From a virus, in the IMG/VR virus record IMGVR_UViG_3300050821_006345, positions 1 through 64,000 of that record: 64,000 bases of DNA; one strand, written 5' to 3'. Numbering within the stretch: the first letter of the stretch is position 1; the number at the start of each line of letters is the position of its first letter. Under the pieces are notes generated by a model, which saw only the letters and a program-made list of their open reading frames with translations, was not told the DNA's origin and searched no databases. Made by a program: the position numbers and the translations under genes. Below are positions 8,854 through 17,972 of the stretch, piece after piece.

Positions 8854-9999
8854 TTATTCTGGCCGAAAGTGAAGTTGCTTGACCGTGCAGTCCTTTTCAT
8901 CCACGTCATCCCGCACAAATGTCCCGTTGTCATTCATGCACGGCGACGACTGGTAAAGGATGCCGGAGGATCTCAAAGCATAAAGGTAGCGGAGTTCGCA
9001 CAACATATTTGGACGAAGAGTCTCAATCAGTCCGCGTTTAAGCACCGTGGTCATGCCGCAGGAAACCCACTTCTTGCCATCGAGCAGTTCGCACTCAATG
9101 GAGTTCTTTCCATCGGGCTTGATGGCGAGGATGCGGGCGGTCAAACTATGCCAAAATTTCACTTTTAATTGCGAGCCAAGACTGGCCGGTCGACCTACCG
9201 TGAATGGTGCGTCTTTCATTTTGAACACGACACCTTCTCCGCCTTCCTTCTTAATCCGGTCAAACATTGCCCGCTTCTCGGCGGTCGTCCACGCCACTGG
9301 AACGAGCTTGATGTGCTTCAGGATCGGCTCCTCGTTCAGGATGGCCGCGAGCATCTTGTATCGCTTCTGGTAGCCCATTGGCCGGTAATCCTCCTTGCCG
9401 AGTTGCAGCAGGTCGTGGGCGTGGCAATCATCTCCTATTCCCTCGGACGGCATCACAAATCCAACGGCTATCTTCTCGGCGTCCTTGAGGACTTTATCCG
9501 GCAGAGCCACCACAAGGCCGAGCTTGTTGATGCCGTTGGTGACGCCGTTCTTGAAGATGGTCAAATTCCTTCCATCATATTTGGCTTGGGCGCAGTAGGC
9601 GTCGTCGGTGATATACGCCTCGGCCTCTTCCTCGGTGATTGGGTTAAGCAACTGCGGAAGATGACCGGAGGATTTCTTTTCAACCGGCGTGTAGGCCGAT
9701 GGCTCTTCGGAACGCTTGGCGGGAGACTTGGCCTTTGCCATCTCGCGGTCACCCTCAAGAACGCCGTCAGAAGATACAATCTTGTAGCCCTTCGCCAGCT
9801 TTTCTTCGAGGATGCTTCGGAAGACGTTCTCGCAGTTGGCCAGCGGCGCACCAACCAATTTTGAGCCTGTGTTTTGTGTTGAACCGATCCGCCCATAAGA
9901 AAAATTTACCGAATAAAGCCCGGCGGGCGTGGCGTCAATGCTCAGGCGGTAGCACTTGCAGCTGGGCGGAACCGTGTATTCTAGGTATGCTGATTTCAT
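8854..9999 (-). CDS. WGR-domain ATP-dependent (DNA) ligase-like protein
   Basis: N-terminal YGRIG...EKLAKGY (WGR domain); KYDG motif I; EGVVFK motif IV; LKVK motif V. Confidence 0.8.
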   Translation of the reverse strand: MKSAYLEYTVPPSCKCYRLSIDATPAGLYSVNFSYGRIGSTQNTGSKLVGAPLANCENVFRSILEEKLAKGYKIVSSDGVLEGDREMAKAKSPAKRSEEPSAYTPVEKKSSGHLPQLLNPITEEEAEAYITDDAYCAQAKYDGRNLTIFKNGVTNGINKLGLVVALPDKVLKDAEKIAVGFVMPSEGIGDDCHAHDLLQLGKEDYRPMGYQKRYKMLAAILNEEPILKHIKLVPVAWTTAEKRAMFDRIKKEGGEGVVFKMKDAPFTVGRPASLGSQLKVKFWHSLTARILAIKPDGKNSIECELLDGKKWVSCGMTTVLKRGLIETLRPNMLCELRYLYALRSSGILYQSSPCMNDNGTFVRDDVDEKDCTVKQLHFRPE

Positions 10000-10052
10000 A
10001 TCTTTATCTGCGTTGAGCTTGGTTTATTTGGCGGCGGTTGTCAACTTGAATA
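10000..10052 (-). promoter_or_regulatory. Sigma70-like promoter for the ligase-rtcB unit
   Basis: Minus strand TATTCAAGTTGACA-N17-CAAGCT. Confidence 0.55.
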
Positions 10053-10361
10053 TCAAGCCAGCATCTTGCCGTTGAGCGGATACTTGAACATCACGTCCTT
10101 GATGTATGATTCAGCAATGGCTACGATTCCAGCAACGGTCGGCTTGCGCTCGCGCTGCGTCCATCCGGCGAGGTTGAATGATTGGGTGCGGTATTTCAGC
10201 AGGACGCAGAAGCCGCCGATATATTTGTTCCGCGAGGCGACCAGAACAAGGTCTTCATTCGCGGCCAACACCAAGTCCAATGTGATTTCAGCCTCGTTGA
10301 CTTTGCGGGCGACCTGAAAGCCTTTCGTCAGGTGCGTTTTAATTTCCAATTTCGGATTCAT
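10053..10361 (-). CDS. Hypothetical protein (behind leader copy A)
   Basis: ORF with AGAAAGAAATAATAT-ATG initiation region. Confidence 0.7.
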   Translation of the reverse strand: MNPKLEIKTHLTKGFQVARKVNEAEITLDLVLAANEDLVLVASRNKYIGGFCVLLKYRTQSFNLAGWTQRERKPTVAGIVAIAESYIKDVMFKYPLNGKMLA

Positions 10362-10450
10362 ATATTATTTCTTTCTCGTTGCTCCGAGTCTTCCCCGCTG
10401 CAACTGTGGACAGCATGGACGAAGAACCGCTTGCCGTCAACCGAAATAAT
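10362..10450 (-). promoter_or_regulatory. Promoter + GAAGA-pentaloop leader hairpin, copy A
   Basis: TTGACG-N17-CATGCT; GTTGC-AG-CGGG-GAAGA-CTCG-GA-GCAAC (10378-10404). Confidence 0.8.
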
Positions 10451-10492
10451 CAAGAAAGACGTAAGTGTTTGACACTGAAACGAATGAAAACG

Positions 10493-11185
10493 CTAAAGAA
10501 GATAGCCTTGGCCGAGGCGATTGGCGATTTTCTCACAGTAATCTTTGGAAATTTCACTGCCGAGTGCTTTTTTACCAGCTTCCTTTGCCGCAGCAAGTGT
10601 TGACCCGCTTCCGGCGTAGGTGTCCACCACGGTCTCGCAAACATTGGTCAGGACAAACTCAAGCAAAAGGCTCTGGCTTTTTTCCGTGGGATGAAGTTGG
10701 GTCAAAGAACCGACGCGGTCTCGTTGAACGATGTCCTGCGGACGGCCTTTTGCCCACTTGTGGTTCTCCTTCGGCCAAAAAGCGCAAGCCTCCCACTGTT
10801 TCGCATAGGAGTGTTCGAGACTCCCTCCACTCCAGTTATTTTTCCACCAACCAATCAGTGAATCTGGCCGCAGGTCTTTCGGCCAATCAAAAAGGTTGTC
10901 CCACCGGCAGAACGCATAGGCCGCAACGTCTGAATTATTTACCAGCGTCCGGAGCGTCTCAAAGTCATAGGCATCGTCGCCGTGGATTGGATCGAAGGAA
11001 TTGATGCGGTGCCCGGATTTCCATTGGCAACCGTAAGGCGGATCGGTCAGAAGCACATTCCATTTCTTGACGTGCGGCAGAAGCAGTTTGCAATCGCAGT
11101 TAAAAAGCACCACAGAGCCGTCCTCGTAGAACGGAGCGATGCCGGGGTCGTCCTTGAAGAATGTGTCCATCCACCACTTGCTCAT
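10493..11185 (-). CDS. N4/N6 DNA methyltransferase
   Basis: TDPPYG, HPTEKS, VDTYAGSGSTL. Confidence 0.9.
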   Translation of the reverse strand: MSKWWMDTFFKDDPGIAPFYEDGSVVLFNCDCKLLLPHVKKWNVLLTDPPYGCQWKSGHRINSFDPIHGDDAYDFETLRTLVNNSDVAAYAFCRWDNLFDWPKDLRPDSLIGWWKNNWSGGSLEHSYAKQWEACAFWPKENHKWAKGRPQDIVQRDRVGSLTQLHPTEKSQSLLLEFVLTNVCETVVDTYAGSGSTLAAAKEAGKKALGSEISKDYCEKIANRLGQGYLL

Positions 11186-11250
11186 GTGTCACAAACGATA
11201 GGAAAATAGAACTTGAAAGGCAAGGATTGATTCTGCACGATGGTCGGCCA

Positions 11251-11475
11251 ATGAAACAGAACCTATACGCCACGTCAGTCTCAATGGTTCGTGCTAATAA
11301 TCCTCAAAAGCACTTTGCCGGATACTTTGGTGCGGTCTCTGGCCAAGAGGCGATTGGAAAAGCCACTGAACGATGTCTGGCCGAAGTTAAAGACGGTGCG
11401 GTCAACGGAGCAATCGCCATTGAGGTTCCGCTTGATGAACTGAAGAAAATAATCGCCCAACACGAAACGCCATGA
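11251..11475 (+). CDS. Hypothetical protein
   Basis: ORF with ATGA overlap to the next gene. Confidence 0.55.
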   Translation: MKQNLYATSVSMVRANNPQKHFAGYFGAVSGQEAIGKATERCLAEVKDGAVNGAIAIEVPLDELKKIIAQHETP

Positions 11476-11690
11476 CCAAGACCATTGAAACAAAAGACGC
11501 GGTCGTCACCTACAGGTGCGATCAAGCAACCAAGGACGCTGTGTTTGAGCGTCTGGTTAAGTTCTTCGCCAACCACGAGGCGTTCTCCGGCGAGGCCATT
11601 TGCCAATGCGATGCGCCACAAATTGACTCCATTCAGACAATGGCCGAGATCGCTGACAACCTCATGGGATTTGAGATAACCGAAAAGTAG
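11472..11690 (+). CDS. Hypothetical protein
   Basis: Translationally coupled ORF. Confidence 0.6.
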   Translation: MTKTIETKDAVVTYRCDQATKDAVFERLVKFFANHEAFSGEAICQCDAPQIDSIQTMAEIADNLMGFEITEK

Positions 11691-11700
11691 GCCGCGATTA

Positions 11701-11784
11701 TTCAAGTTGACAAGGTGGCCGATTCATGCTATCCTGTCCTCAATTGAAATGGCGAAGAGCCGAATCAATAGAAAGAAATAAAAT
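11701..11784 (+). promoter_or_regulatory. Promoter + GAAGA-pentaloop leader hairpin, copy B
   Basis: TTGACA(11707)-N17-TATCCT; ATTGA-AA-TGGC-GAAGA-GCCG-AA-TCAAT (11743-11769). Confidence 0.85.
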
Positions 11785-12480
11785 ATGAAGCAAACGATTG
11801 GAAACGGTGTTCACTCAACCATAACGGTTGGCGATGTGATGCGGGTTAATGGCAATCTGCTTATTTGCTATAAATGGTCGGAAAGTTGTGCGGCGCTTCG
11901 GCCTTTGGCCAAACGCGTCCATGTCATCAAGCCTCGCGGGACGGACGCGCATGGCGACAAGGAAACCACGTTTGTCGCACCTGACATCCGAGTGGAACAC
12001 TTCAGCTCGATGACGCCGGGCCCGTTCGTGGCGCGCCTCGGCGACAACTGGCAGCAGGCCGACATCAAGACCGCTGTGCCGGGATTTGATGGCGAGCTAA
12101 ACGCGGTCGGCAAGACCAAGGTGGAGAAGGCCGTGGAAAAGCTGAAGAAGAAAACGCAGAAGCTCGCCACGGTCGCGCCGATGCCAGACGAAGCATTTGT
12201 TGCAGAAGTCGCATCTAAATTGAATCCTCCGCTGGCGAAGTTGGCAGAGAAGCTTTGGGATAAGCATCCGAACAATCCGAAGAATAAAAGCGACAAGCCG
12301 CAGGGCAAATGCGCCTTCATGCGAGCGATGCTGCTGGAGGCCAAATATACACGCAAGCAAATCATCGACGCAACGCTGGCCAAGTTCGGCGGCGAAGAAC
12401 TGGGAACCAGCCGCACGCTCTCCAGCCTGCCGAGCATCATGAAGAAGGATGGACTGGTTGGGAAATGGGTGGAGGCATGA
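11785..12480 (+). CDS. Hypothetical protein, possible C-terminal winged helix
   Basis: 231-aa ORF behind leader copy B. Confidence 0.7.
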   Translation: MKQTIGNGVHSTITVGDVMRVNGNLLICYKWSESCAALRPLAKRVHVIKPRGTDAHGDKETTFVAPDIRVEHFSSMTPGPFVARLGDNWQQADIKTAVPGFDGELNAVGKTKVEKAVEKLKKKTQKLATVAPMPDEAFVAEVASKLNPPLAKLAEKLWDKHPNNPKNKSDKPQGKCAFMRAMLLEAKYTRKQIIDATLAKFGGEELGTSRTLSSLPSIMKKDGLVGKWVEA

Positions 12481-12719
12481 GCGTCCACGGCCAAATTGAT
12501 TACGCACAGGTTGACGCTGCGATGCGAGAAGCCACGGAGAAATTCAATCGCAATCCAACGCTGCAAATACTTTTCAACAGGTCTAATTCGGCCTATCAAC
12601 ACTATCTTTCTAATGGCCGAAATAAAGATGACTGGCGTAAAAGCATCGGGGCCACAAGAAACCCGCACCGCTACGCTGAATACTGTAATGAGCTAGACGC
12701 GGAAGGGGTTGTGGTGTAG
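12477..12719 (+). CDS. Hypothetical protein
   Basis: GGAGG + ATGA overlap. Confidence 0.55.
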   Translation: MSVHGQIDYAQVDAAMREATEKFNRNPTLQILFNRSNSAYQHYLSNGRNKDDWRKSIGATRNPHRYAEYCNELDAEGVVV

Positions 12720-12729
12720 ATTGGCCGAA

Positions 12730-13404
12730 ATGCCAGACGAACCAGTTTTAGCCGTAGCCACAACCACCGAGGATGATTCTCGCGGCCCAAGCGGGTCGCT
12801 GTTTCAAAGAACCGATGTTCAGCGGGCTGAAGACGATTCGCTGATTGCCGACCTAATCCAGAAGGGCGTTACCAACAAGCGCGAAATCTGGCGCAAGGTG
12901 AATGAGAAGAACTCTGGCCGCTACACGCTATCAGAGCAGACGGTCAAGAAGAACATGGCAATGATTGAAAAGCAATGGGCCAAGGTTCTCACTGGACGGA
13001 CACTTTCAGAATACAAGGCCAGCCAGTGGTGGAGGGCCGACCACCTGTTCACCGAGGCGATGGACGCTTGGGAGCGGAGCAAGCGCGAAGGCCAGACGAT
13101 GAGCGGTGCGGTGGGTGCGACTGGAGAGCCATCAGGAAGCCGGAGCGTGACAAAGACGAGACGAGATGGTGATCCCAGGTGGATTGAGGTCATGCTGAAG
13201 ATACTTGAGCGTCAGGCGAAGATTGTTGGCATCGATGCGCCGATTAAGCTTGAGGCGTCGGTCACTGGCGACACGAATAACCTTGAGGCATTGCGTCTGG
13301 CCTACCGTGAAAGAATCAAAGCCGAGGTCGTTTCTAACTTGCCTCGTCGACCAGAAAATGCCATAGTTGACGCAGTGGTGGTGGACAATAAGCCGCCGAA
13401 TTAA
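12730..13404 (+). CDS. Terminase small subunit-like protein
   Basis: N-terminal HTH; AMDAWERSK; GDPRWI...ILERQAKIVGIDAP motif typical of one TerS class. Confidence 0.65.
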   Translation: MPDEPVLAVATTTEDDSRGPSGSLFQRTDVQRAEDDSLIADLIQKGVTNKREIWRKVNEKNSGRYTLSEQTVKKNMAMIEKQWAKVLTGRTLSEYKASQWWRADHLFTEAMDAWERSKREGQTMSGAVGATGEPSGSRSVTKTRRDGDPRWIEVMLKILERQAKIVGIDAPIKLEASVTGDTNNLEALRLAYRERIKAEVVSNLPRRPENAIVDAVVVDNKPPN

Positions 13405-13421
13405 AACGAAAGAATAACGAT

Positions 13422-13619
13422 ATGACAAAAGAACAAGAATCCGCACTGATTAAGTTTGGCGACAGTTATGATTGCGAGTGCTTTGAGTATTGGACGAATC
13501 CAGATGGAACTCCAAAACATGACGAAAACACGCAAGATGACCAATGCGGCAACGGATGCTTTGCTCCAGATGGAGTGTGCTGTCCAATTTGCAGCAAAAA
13601 TTATGCCAAACGAACTTGA
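13422..13619 (+). CDS. Small Cys-rich protein
   Basis: GAAAG-type RBS; CECF...CPIC. Confidence 0.5.
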   Translation: MTKEQESALIKFGDSYDCECFEYWTNPDGTPKHDENTQDDQCGNGCFAPDGVCCPICSKNYAKRT

Positions 13620-13794
13620 AAAAGAGCTTGCACTGAAAGGCATCGAAGAACTTTCAGACATTCACGCCACGCGACCTTGCGAACATATCGGGTCAATACA
13701 TGCGCGAATTAAGCGACTGGGAATGGATTTGTCAGAAATGCCACATGAAGAAGGATGGTAGAATGGACAAGTTAATCAAAAGGAATCGAAAACC

Positions 13795-14064
13795 ATGAGT
13801 GGCGCTTGTTACCGTTGCGGCCAGCCCATTGAGGAAGGCCAGACCGAGTGCGATAACTGCACCAGAGGTATGCCGCCGGGCATGGCGCAAATGGGCGAGA
13901 TGCTGGCCGGTCTGAAGTTCGTCGAGATTGACTGGGACAAGATACGCTCACTTCCAGAGGCGGAGAGGACTGAAGCGATAATCACCATCGTCTCCACAGC
14001 CATTCCTGCGGTCGTCCGCAACTCGCCGCAATACTTTAAGATTTTGAAATATATTAAGACATGA
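13795..14064 (+). CDS. Zn-ribbon hypothetical protein
   Basis: CYRCG...CDNC. Confidence 0.6.
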   Translation: MSGACYRCGQPIEEGQTECDNCTRGMPPGMAQMGEMLAGLKFVEIDWDKIRSLPEAERTEAIITIVSTAIPAVVRNSPQYFKILKYIKT

Positions 14065-14468
14065 AAGTAACCAGATTGGCCGTTTTTGAAACGGTATCAT
14101 CCTCGCAACACTCTATAACTTTGTCCACCGGCGTTCCTTCTCGCGTGGATATGCTGCCGCGAAGCGACGATGGCTACCACATTTCAACCGGCGAGTTTGG
14201 ATGGGGAGTTGACCGATTCACCGATGCGTCGACCAAGGCTTCTTATTGCCTGACTGACAACAAAGAAAACCCAGAGCGGCTTCAGATGCTCCGTGAGACG
14301 CTGGAAGCTGAGGGCTTCGTCCCGCTTCACTTTGATGGCATGGACGACGGATATGTTGACCACCAAAGCGTCGGCACATCGGAAACTGCATTTGAGTCCA
14401 AGAGCAAGCTGCTGCGATTCATTTTCGATCCTCAATGCGTTTTGGAAATCAGCAACGACAACCTCTAA
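14061..14468 (+). CDS. FETxSSS-motif protein (radical SAM partner)
   Basis: VFETVSSSQHS; GEFGW; GYVDHQS; FIF...ISNDN. Confidence 0.75.
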   Translation: MKVTRLAVFETVSSSQHSITLSTGVPSRVDMLPRSDDGYHISTGEFGWGVDRFTDASTKASYCLTDNKENPERLQMLRETLEAEGFVPLHFDGMDDGYVDHQSVGTSETAFESKSKLLRFIFDPQCVLEISNDNL

Positions 14469-15341
14469 ATGCTCGCCCACTACACAACAGGAAACGTCAA
14501 GGTGACGCTGGCGTCGGACGGCACGTCCACGCGGGAGTGGCCGGATAATGAAAGGCCGCGACCAGAAAGTCCGTGTAGCGTGGATTTGAAGATTACGCAG
14601 CAATGCGATGGTGCAACAATTTGTAGGTGGTGCCATGAATCATCTCATCCGCGAGGAACACACGCGGACGCTGAAAGATTGATAAAAATTGTTGATGGAC
14701 TGCCGAATGGTGTTGAAATAGCCATTGGCGGTGGCAATACGTTCGCGCATCCGAGACTGCTTGATATTTTGGCCGCACTCTCAGATGGACTGATATGTAA
14801 TGTGACCGTTAATGCACAACACGTCGCCGCGAATCTTCAACTGATTAACTACTGTCGCAAGGAACACTTTATTCACGGACTTGGCATCTCATACATTCCA
14901 AAGTTTTTCAAAGACATGGTTTTGGCCACGGATTCCAACACCGTCATCCACTTCATTGCCGGAGTCCACAATGTCTGGGACGCAATTGAGTCTCCGTTTC
15001 CGAAGGTTCTCGTCCTTGGTTACAAGCACTTTGGATTTGGCGTAAAATACCACACCACTGCGGTGGACGATAATCTGAAGCAATGGCGGAACTGGGTGCA
15101 TCGGCTGTCAAAGAACCGGATCATCTCGTTCGACAATCTGGCCGTTGAGCAGCTTGGAATCAGAGAGCGCGTAACTGGGCTGGAATGGGAGAATCATTAT
15201 CTCGGAGACGATGGAGTGTTCTCAATGTATGTGGATGCCGTCAAAAATGAATACGCGGTGTCTTCAACGTCAGAACGAGTGCCAATGGGCGACCTGACGA
15301 TTAAAGAAGCATTTCAAGAGATGCGGAGGAACGCCGAGTGA
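14469..15341 (+). CDS. Radical SAM protein
   Basis: DLKITQQCDGATICRWCHES (CX5CX2C); EIAIGGG; SFDNLA. Confidence 0.85.
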   Translation: MLAHYTTGNVKVTLASDGTSTREWPDNERPRPESPCSVDLKITQQCDGATICRWCHESSHPRGTHADAERLIKIVDGLPNGVEIAIGGGNTFAHPRLLDILAALSDGLICNVTVNAQHVAANLQLINYCRKEHFIHGLGISYIPKFFKDMVLATDSNTVIHFIAGVHNVWDAIESPFPKVLVLGYKHFGFGVKYHTTAVDDNLKQWRNWVHRLSKNRIISFDNLAVEQLGIRERVTGLEWENHYLGDDGVFSMYVDAVKNEYAVSSTSERVPMGDLTIKEAFQEMRRNAE

Positions 15342-15392
15342 AAGATTTGCTTGGCCGAGAAAGAACCGTCGAGGAGGCGCGAGAGCTTGAAA

Positions 15393-16574
15393 TCAAAGGC
15401 AAGAACTTTTGGAAGTTTCAACCTTCACTTGACGTGAATTGCAGATGGATACGGCTGTGGATTTGCCACGGCTAATTACCTCCGCGTTTGGGTGATTGAA
15501 TGCACCCGAACCAAGAATGTCCAGCCCGCGAAGGCGGATGTTCTTGGCTCCGTTTTCGTCCGCACAGGACGCATGGCCGCAAAACAAACATTCAAACTCA
15601 TCGCGAGTCTTCCTGTTCTTTTTGTCGGTGTATCCGCACTTGCTGCACATCTGGCTGGTGTAACTTGGATCAACCTTGACCAATGGAACACCATTAAGCT
15701 CCGCCTTGTAGGATATGAATCCTCCAAGTTGCGCGAAGCTCCATCCATGCAGCGTCGCTCGCTCGCTCTTCCTAGCCTTTATCCGGTCGCGTATGCCAGT
15801 GAGTTCCTCAATGGCGATTGCACGTCCGGTGCATTTAGCGTTTTGAACGATTCGTTTGGAAATTGTATGATTCACGTCGCGGGCGAACCGTGACTCCTTA
15901 CCGCTTCTTTTCTTCAAGAGTCTCTTGGCAGACTTTGTGCCTTTCTTTTGCAGCTTGCGGCGCAGAGACTGGTTGCGGTGCAGAATTTTGTTCAGAGCGT
16001 TTCCACTGAACTTGTTTCCGTCGGAGTCCGCCGCGATTATCGCAATGCCGAAATCAACACCAAGCACATCGGTCGCCTTGATTTCCATCTCATCTGGCAG
16101 CGCGACGGCTACACTCAGAAACCACTTGCCATCCCGCCGAAGAACAAGGTCGGACTGCTTGATATCGCCTCTTTCTATGATTTCTTTCTGATAATCACCA
16201 CAAGCAAAAGGCATTCTTTCCCTTCCGCCCATTGTCCAAATTGAAACCTGATGTTTAGACATCAATATTTTCATATTGCGTGCATCAAAAGCAATGCTGC
16301 CAAGCGGCCTAAATTTTCGCTGCGTCTTCCTGTCCATCTTATAGGCATCGGCGACTTTTGAAAAAAGCCTTATGGTCGCCTCCGATCCAATTCCAAACCG
16401 CGAGCGAACCTCTCTGTAGAATCTTTTCTGAAGTTCAAACTGGTGGAAAACTCCGCATTCAAATCCCTGTTCAGAAGTCCAATCGGCGGCCTCATTGCAG
16501 GCAATCAGCGTATCGCGTAAGGCGAGCGACTGTTCCGCATTCGGCATCAGTTTCAACTGGACTGTAATCGTCAT
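15393..16574 (-). CDS. tnpB: TnpB RNA-guided endonuclease, no transposase nearby
   Basis: Start MTITVQLKL; RuvC-I GVDFG, RuvC-II IEEL, Zn finger CSKC/CLFC, RuvC-III ADENGAKNI; own promoter TTGACA-N16-TATACT. Confidence 0.92.
   Translation of the reverse strand: MTITVQLKLMPNAEQSLALRDTLIACNEAADWTSEQGFECGVFHQFELQKRFYREVRSRFGIGSEATIRLFSKVADAYKMDRKTQRKFRPLGSIAFDARNMKILMSKHQVSIWTMGGRERMPFACGDYQKEIIERGDIKQSDLVLRRDGKWFLSVAVALPDEMEIKATDVLGVDFGIAIIAADSDGNKFSGNALNKILHRNQSLRRKLQKKGTKSAKRLLKKRSGKESRFARDVNHTISKRIVQNAKCTGRAIAIEELTGIRDRIKARKSERATLHGWSFAQLGGFISYKAELNGVPLVKVDPSYTSQMCSKCGYTDKKNRKTRDEFECLFCGHASCADENGAKNIRLRGLDILGSGAFNHPNAEVISRGKSTAVSICNSRQVKVETSKSSCL
15395..15560 (-). ncRNA. Putative TnpB omegaRNA (scaffold 3' end near 15415, guide about 15414-15395)
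   Basis: TTCAATCAC (within 15491-15506) can pair with GTGAAGGTTGAA; terminal hairpin TTCAC-GTCAA-GTGAA; overlaps the tnpB 3' end. The 5' boundary is a guess. Confidence 0.5.
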
Positions 16575-16671
16575 TTGTTCAAGTATAGAACGGAATCGGA
16601 TTCTGTCAACTGCAACATTGTCATATATTGTGTTGATTGTATCACGGTTATTCTGCACATTATCAGGAGTT

Positions 16672-17697
16672 ATGAAAGATAAAATCATGAGCGCAAGAAC
16701 CACAATGGGCGGCAAGCCAGTATTTAATGTGCCTGGCAGAATCCTGAATCTGGACTCCGGATTCAAACACAAACTGCTTTGTGATGGGCCGACATTTAGT
16801 GCTGGAACAGCATGTCAGTATTCATGCTCGTTCTGCTATGTTCCTGCGGTGATGGCAAAGCTAGTGAGTGGAAAGTTTGACGCGAAACACGAGGACATCG
16901 TGATCCGCAGAGAGCGTGCAGTGGACACATTGCGAGGCCAACTGACTGATTCCAAAGGTCGGCCAAAGTATCTTGACCAGAACGATACTCGCGTGATTTA
17001 CGCTTCACCATTGGTGGACGTGGCATCCAACATGGAACTTGTGAACGAGACCATTGAGCTTTGCAACCTGATAGGAGAACTGACCAACTGGCAGATTCGG
17101 TTGTTGAGCAAGAGTAATTTGCTGCCAAAAATTGCAATGGGTGTTTCCGGCTATTATCAAAAACGAATCATCTACGGAGTCAGCACCGGGACTTTGGACA
17201 ACAAACTCGCGCAGGCGTTCGAGCAGGGCTGTCCGCTGGTAAGCAAGCGCATTGAATCGCTTCACTGGCTTCAAGACAACGGGTTCAGGACGTTCGGGAT
17301 GATTTGCCCGTCGCTGCCGCAGTCGCTTCCGGGATGCTCAACGGCAGAGGCATACGAGGATTTTGCTGGCGACATGGCCGAATCAATACGCGTCGACAGA
17401 TGTGAACACGTCTGGGCTGAAGTAATCAACCTTCGCGGCGAATCATTTACGCGCACTGAAAAAGCACTGCAAGATGCTGGCTATGGATCACTGGCTATGG
17501 AGTTGCGACGCGTAAGCCACGACAAAGACCAATGGGAAGAATATGCCAGATGCACGTTCTTGGCTCACACTCATTTTATTCCAAAAGAAAAACTTCGGTT
17601 CTTACAATACGTCAACAAAGACAACTTTGATTGGTGGAAGGAACGCGAGCCATTGGGCGCTGTGTTGCTTGGCAATATAACGCACACAGACGCATGA
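16672..17697 (+). CDS. Radical SAM protein, spore photoproduct lyase-like family
   Basis: CQYSCSFCY; RLLSKS; FEQGCP...RI..L..L...G.RT. Confidence 0.8.
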   Translation: MKDKIMSARTTMGGKPVFNVPGRILNLDSGFKHKLLCDGPTFSAGTACQYSCSFCYVPAVMAKLVSGKFDAKHEDIVIRRERAVDTLRGQLTDSKGRPKYLDQNDTRVIYASPLVDVASNMELVNETIELCNLIGELTNWQIRLLSKSNLLPKIAMGVSGYYQKRIIYGVSTGTLDNKLAQAFEQGCPLVSKRIESLHWLQDNGFRTFGMICPSLPQSLPGCSTAEAYEDFAGDMAESIRVDRCEHVWAEVINLRGESFTRTEKALQDAGYGSLAMELRRVSHDKDQWEEYARCTFLAHTHFIPKEKLRFLQYVNKDNFDWWKEREPLGAVLLGNITHTDA

Positions 17698-17972
17698 CGT
17701 TTAACGACATAACCATCGGCCTAAAGCTGAAGATTGGCGAGGCGTTCCACCGAGTCCATTCCAAGGATGGAAACATTTTCATCATGGTCGCGCCATCAGG
17801 AAGCGTCCAGAAGCTGGGCGACAAGATGGTCGACCTGTTCTGCGTGCAGATCACCGAGGCTGATTATTCACGGCTGTTCGCCGAGGAGGAAAACGTCAGG
17901 GAAAACGGCCACGAGCCTTATGTTATTTCAGTTGACAATTCGAAGAAGGGTTCGCAAGCTAGTCTCACATGA
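17694..17972 (+). CDS. Hypothetical protein
   Basis: ATGA overlaps on both sides. Confidence 0.55.
   Translation: MTFNDITIGLKLKIGEAFHRVHSKDGNIFIMVAPSGSVQKLGDKMVDLFCVQITEADYSRLFAEEENVRENGHEPYVISVDNSKKGSQASLT

Noticed and set aside
11868..12668. Long antisense ORFs (also 9169-9864, 57371-58207)
   Set aside because: Shadows of well-supported genes on the opposite strand, with no motifs
15415..15444. CRISPR array beside tnpB
   Set aside because: Only one repeat-like copy found; better explained as the omegaRNA end
16495..16772. Long antiparallel overlap of tnpB and the radical SAM ORF
   Set aside because: Better starts at 16574 (-) and 16672 (+), each with a promoter-like site, remove the overlap
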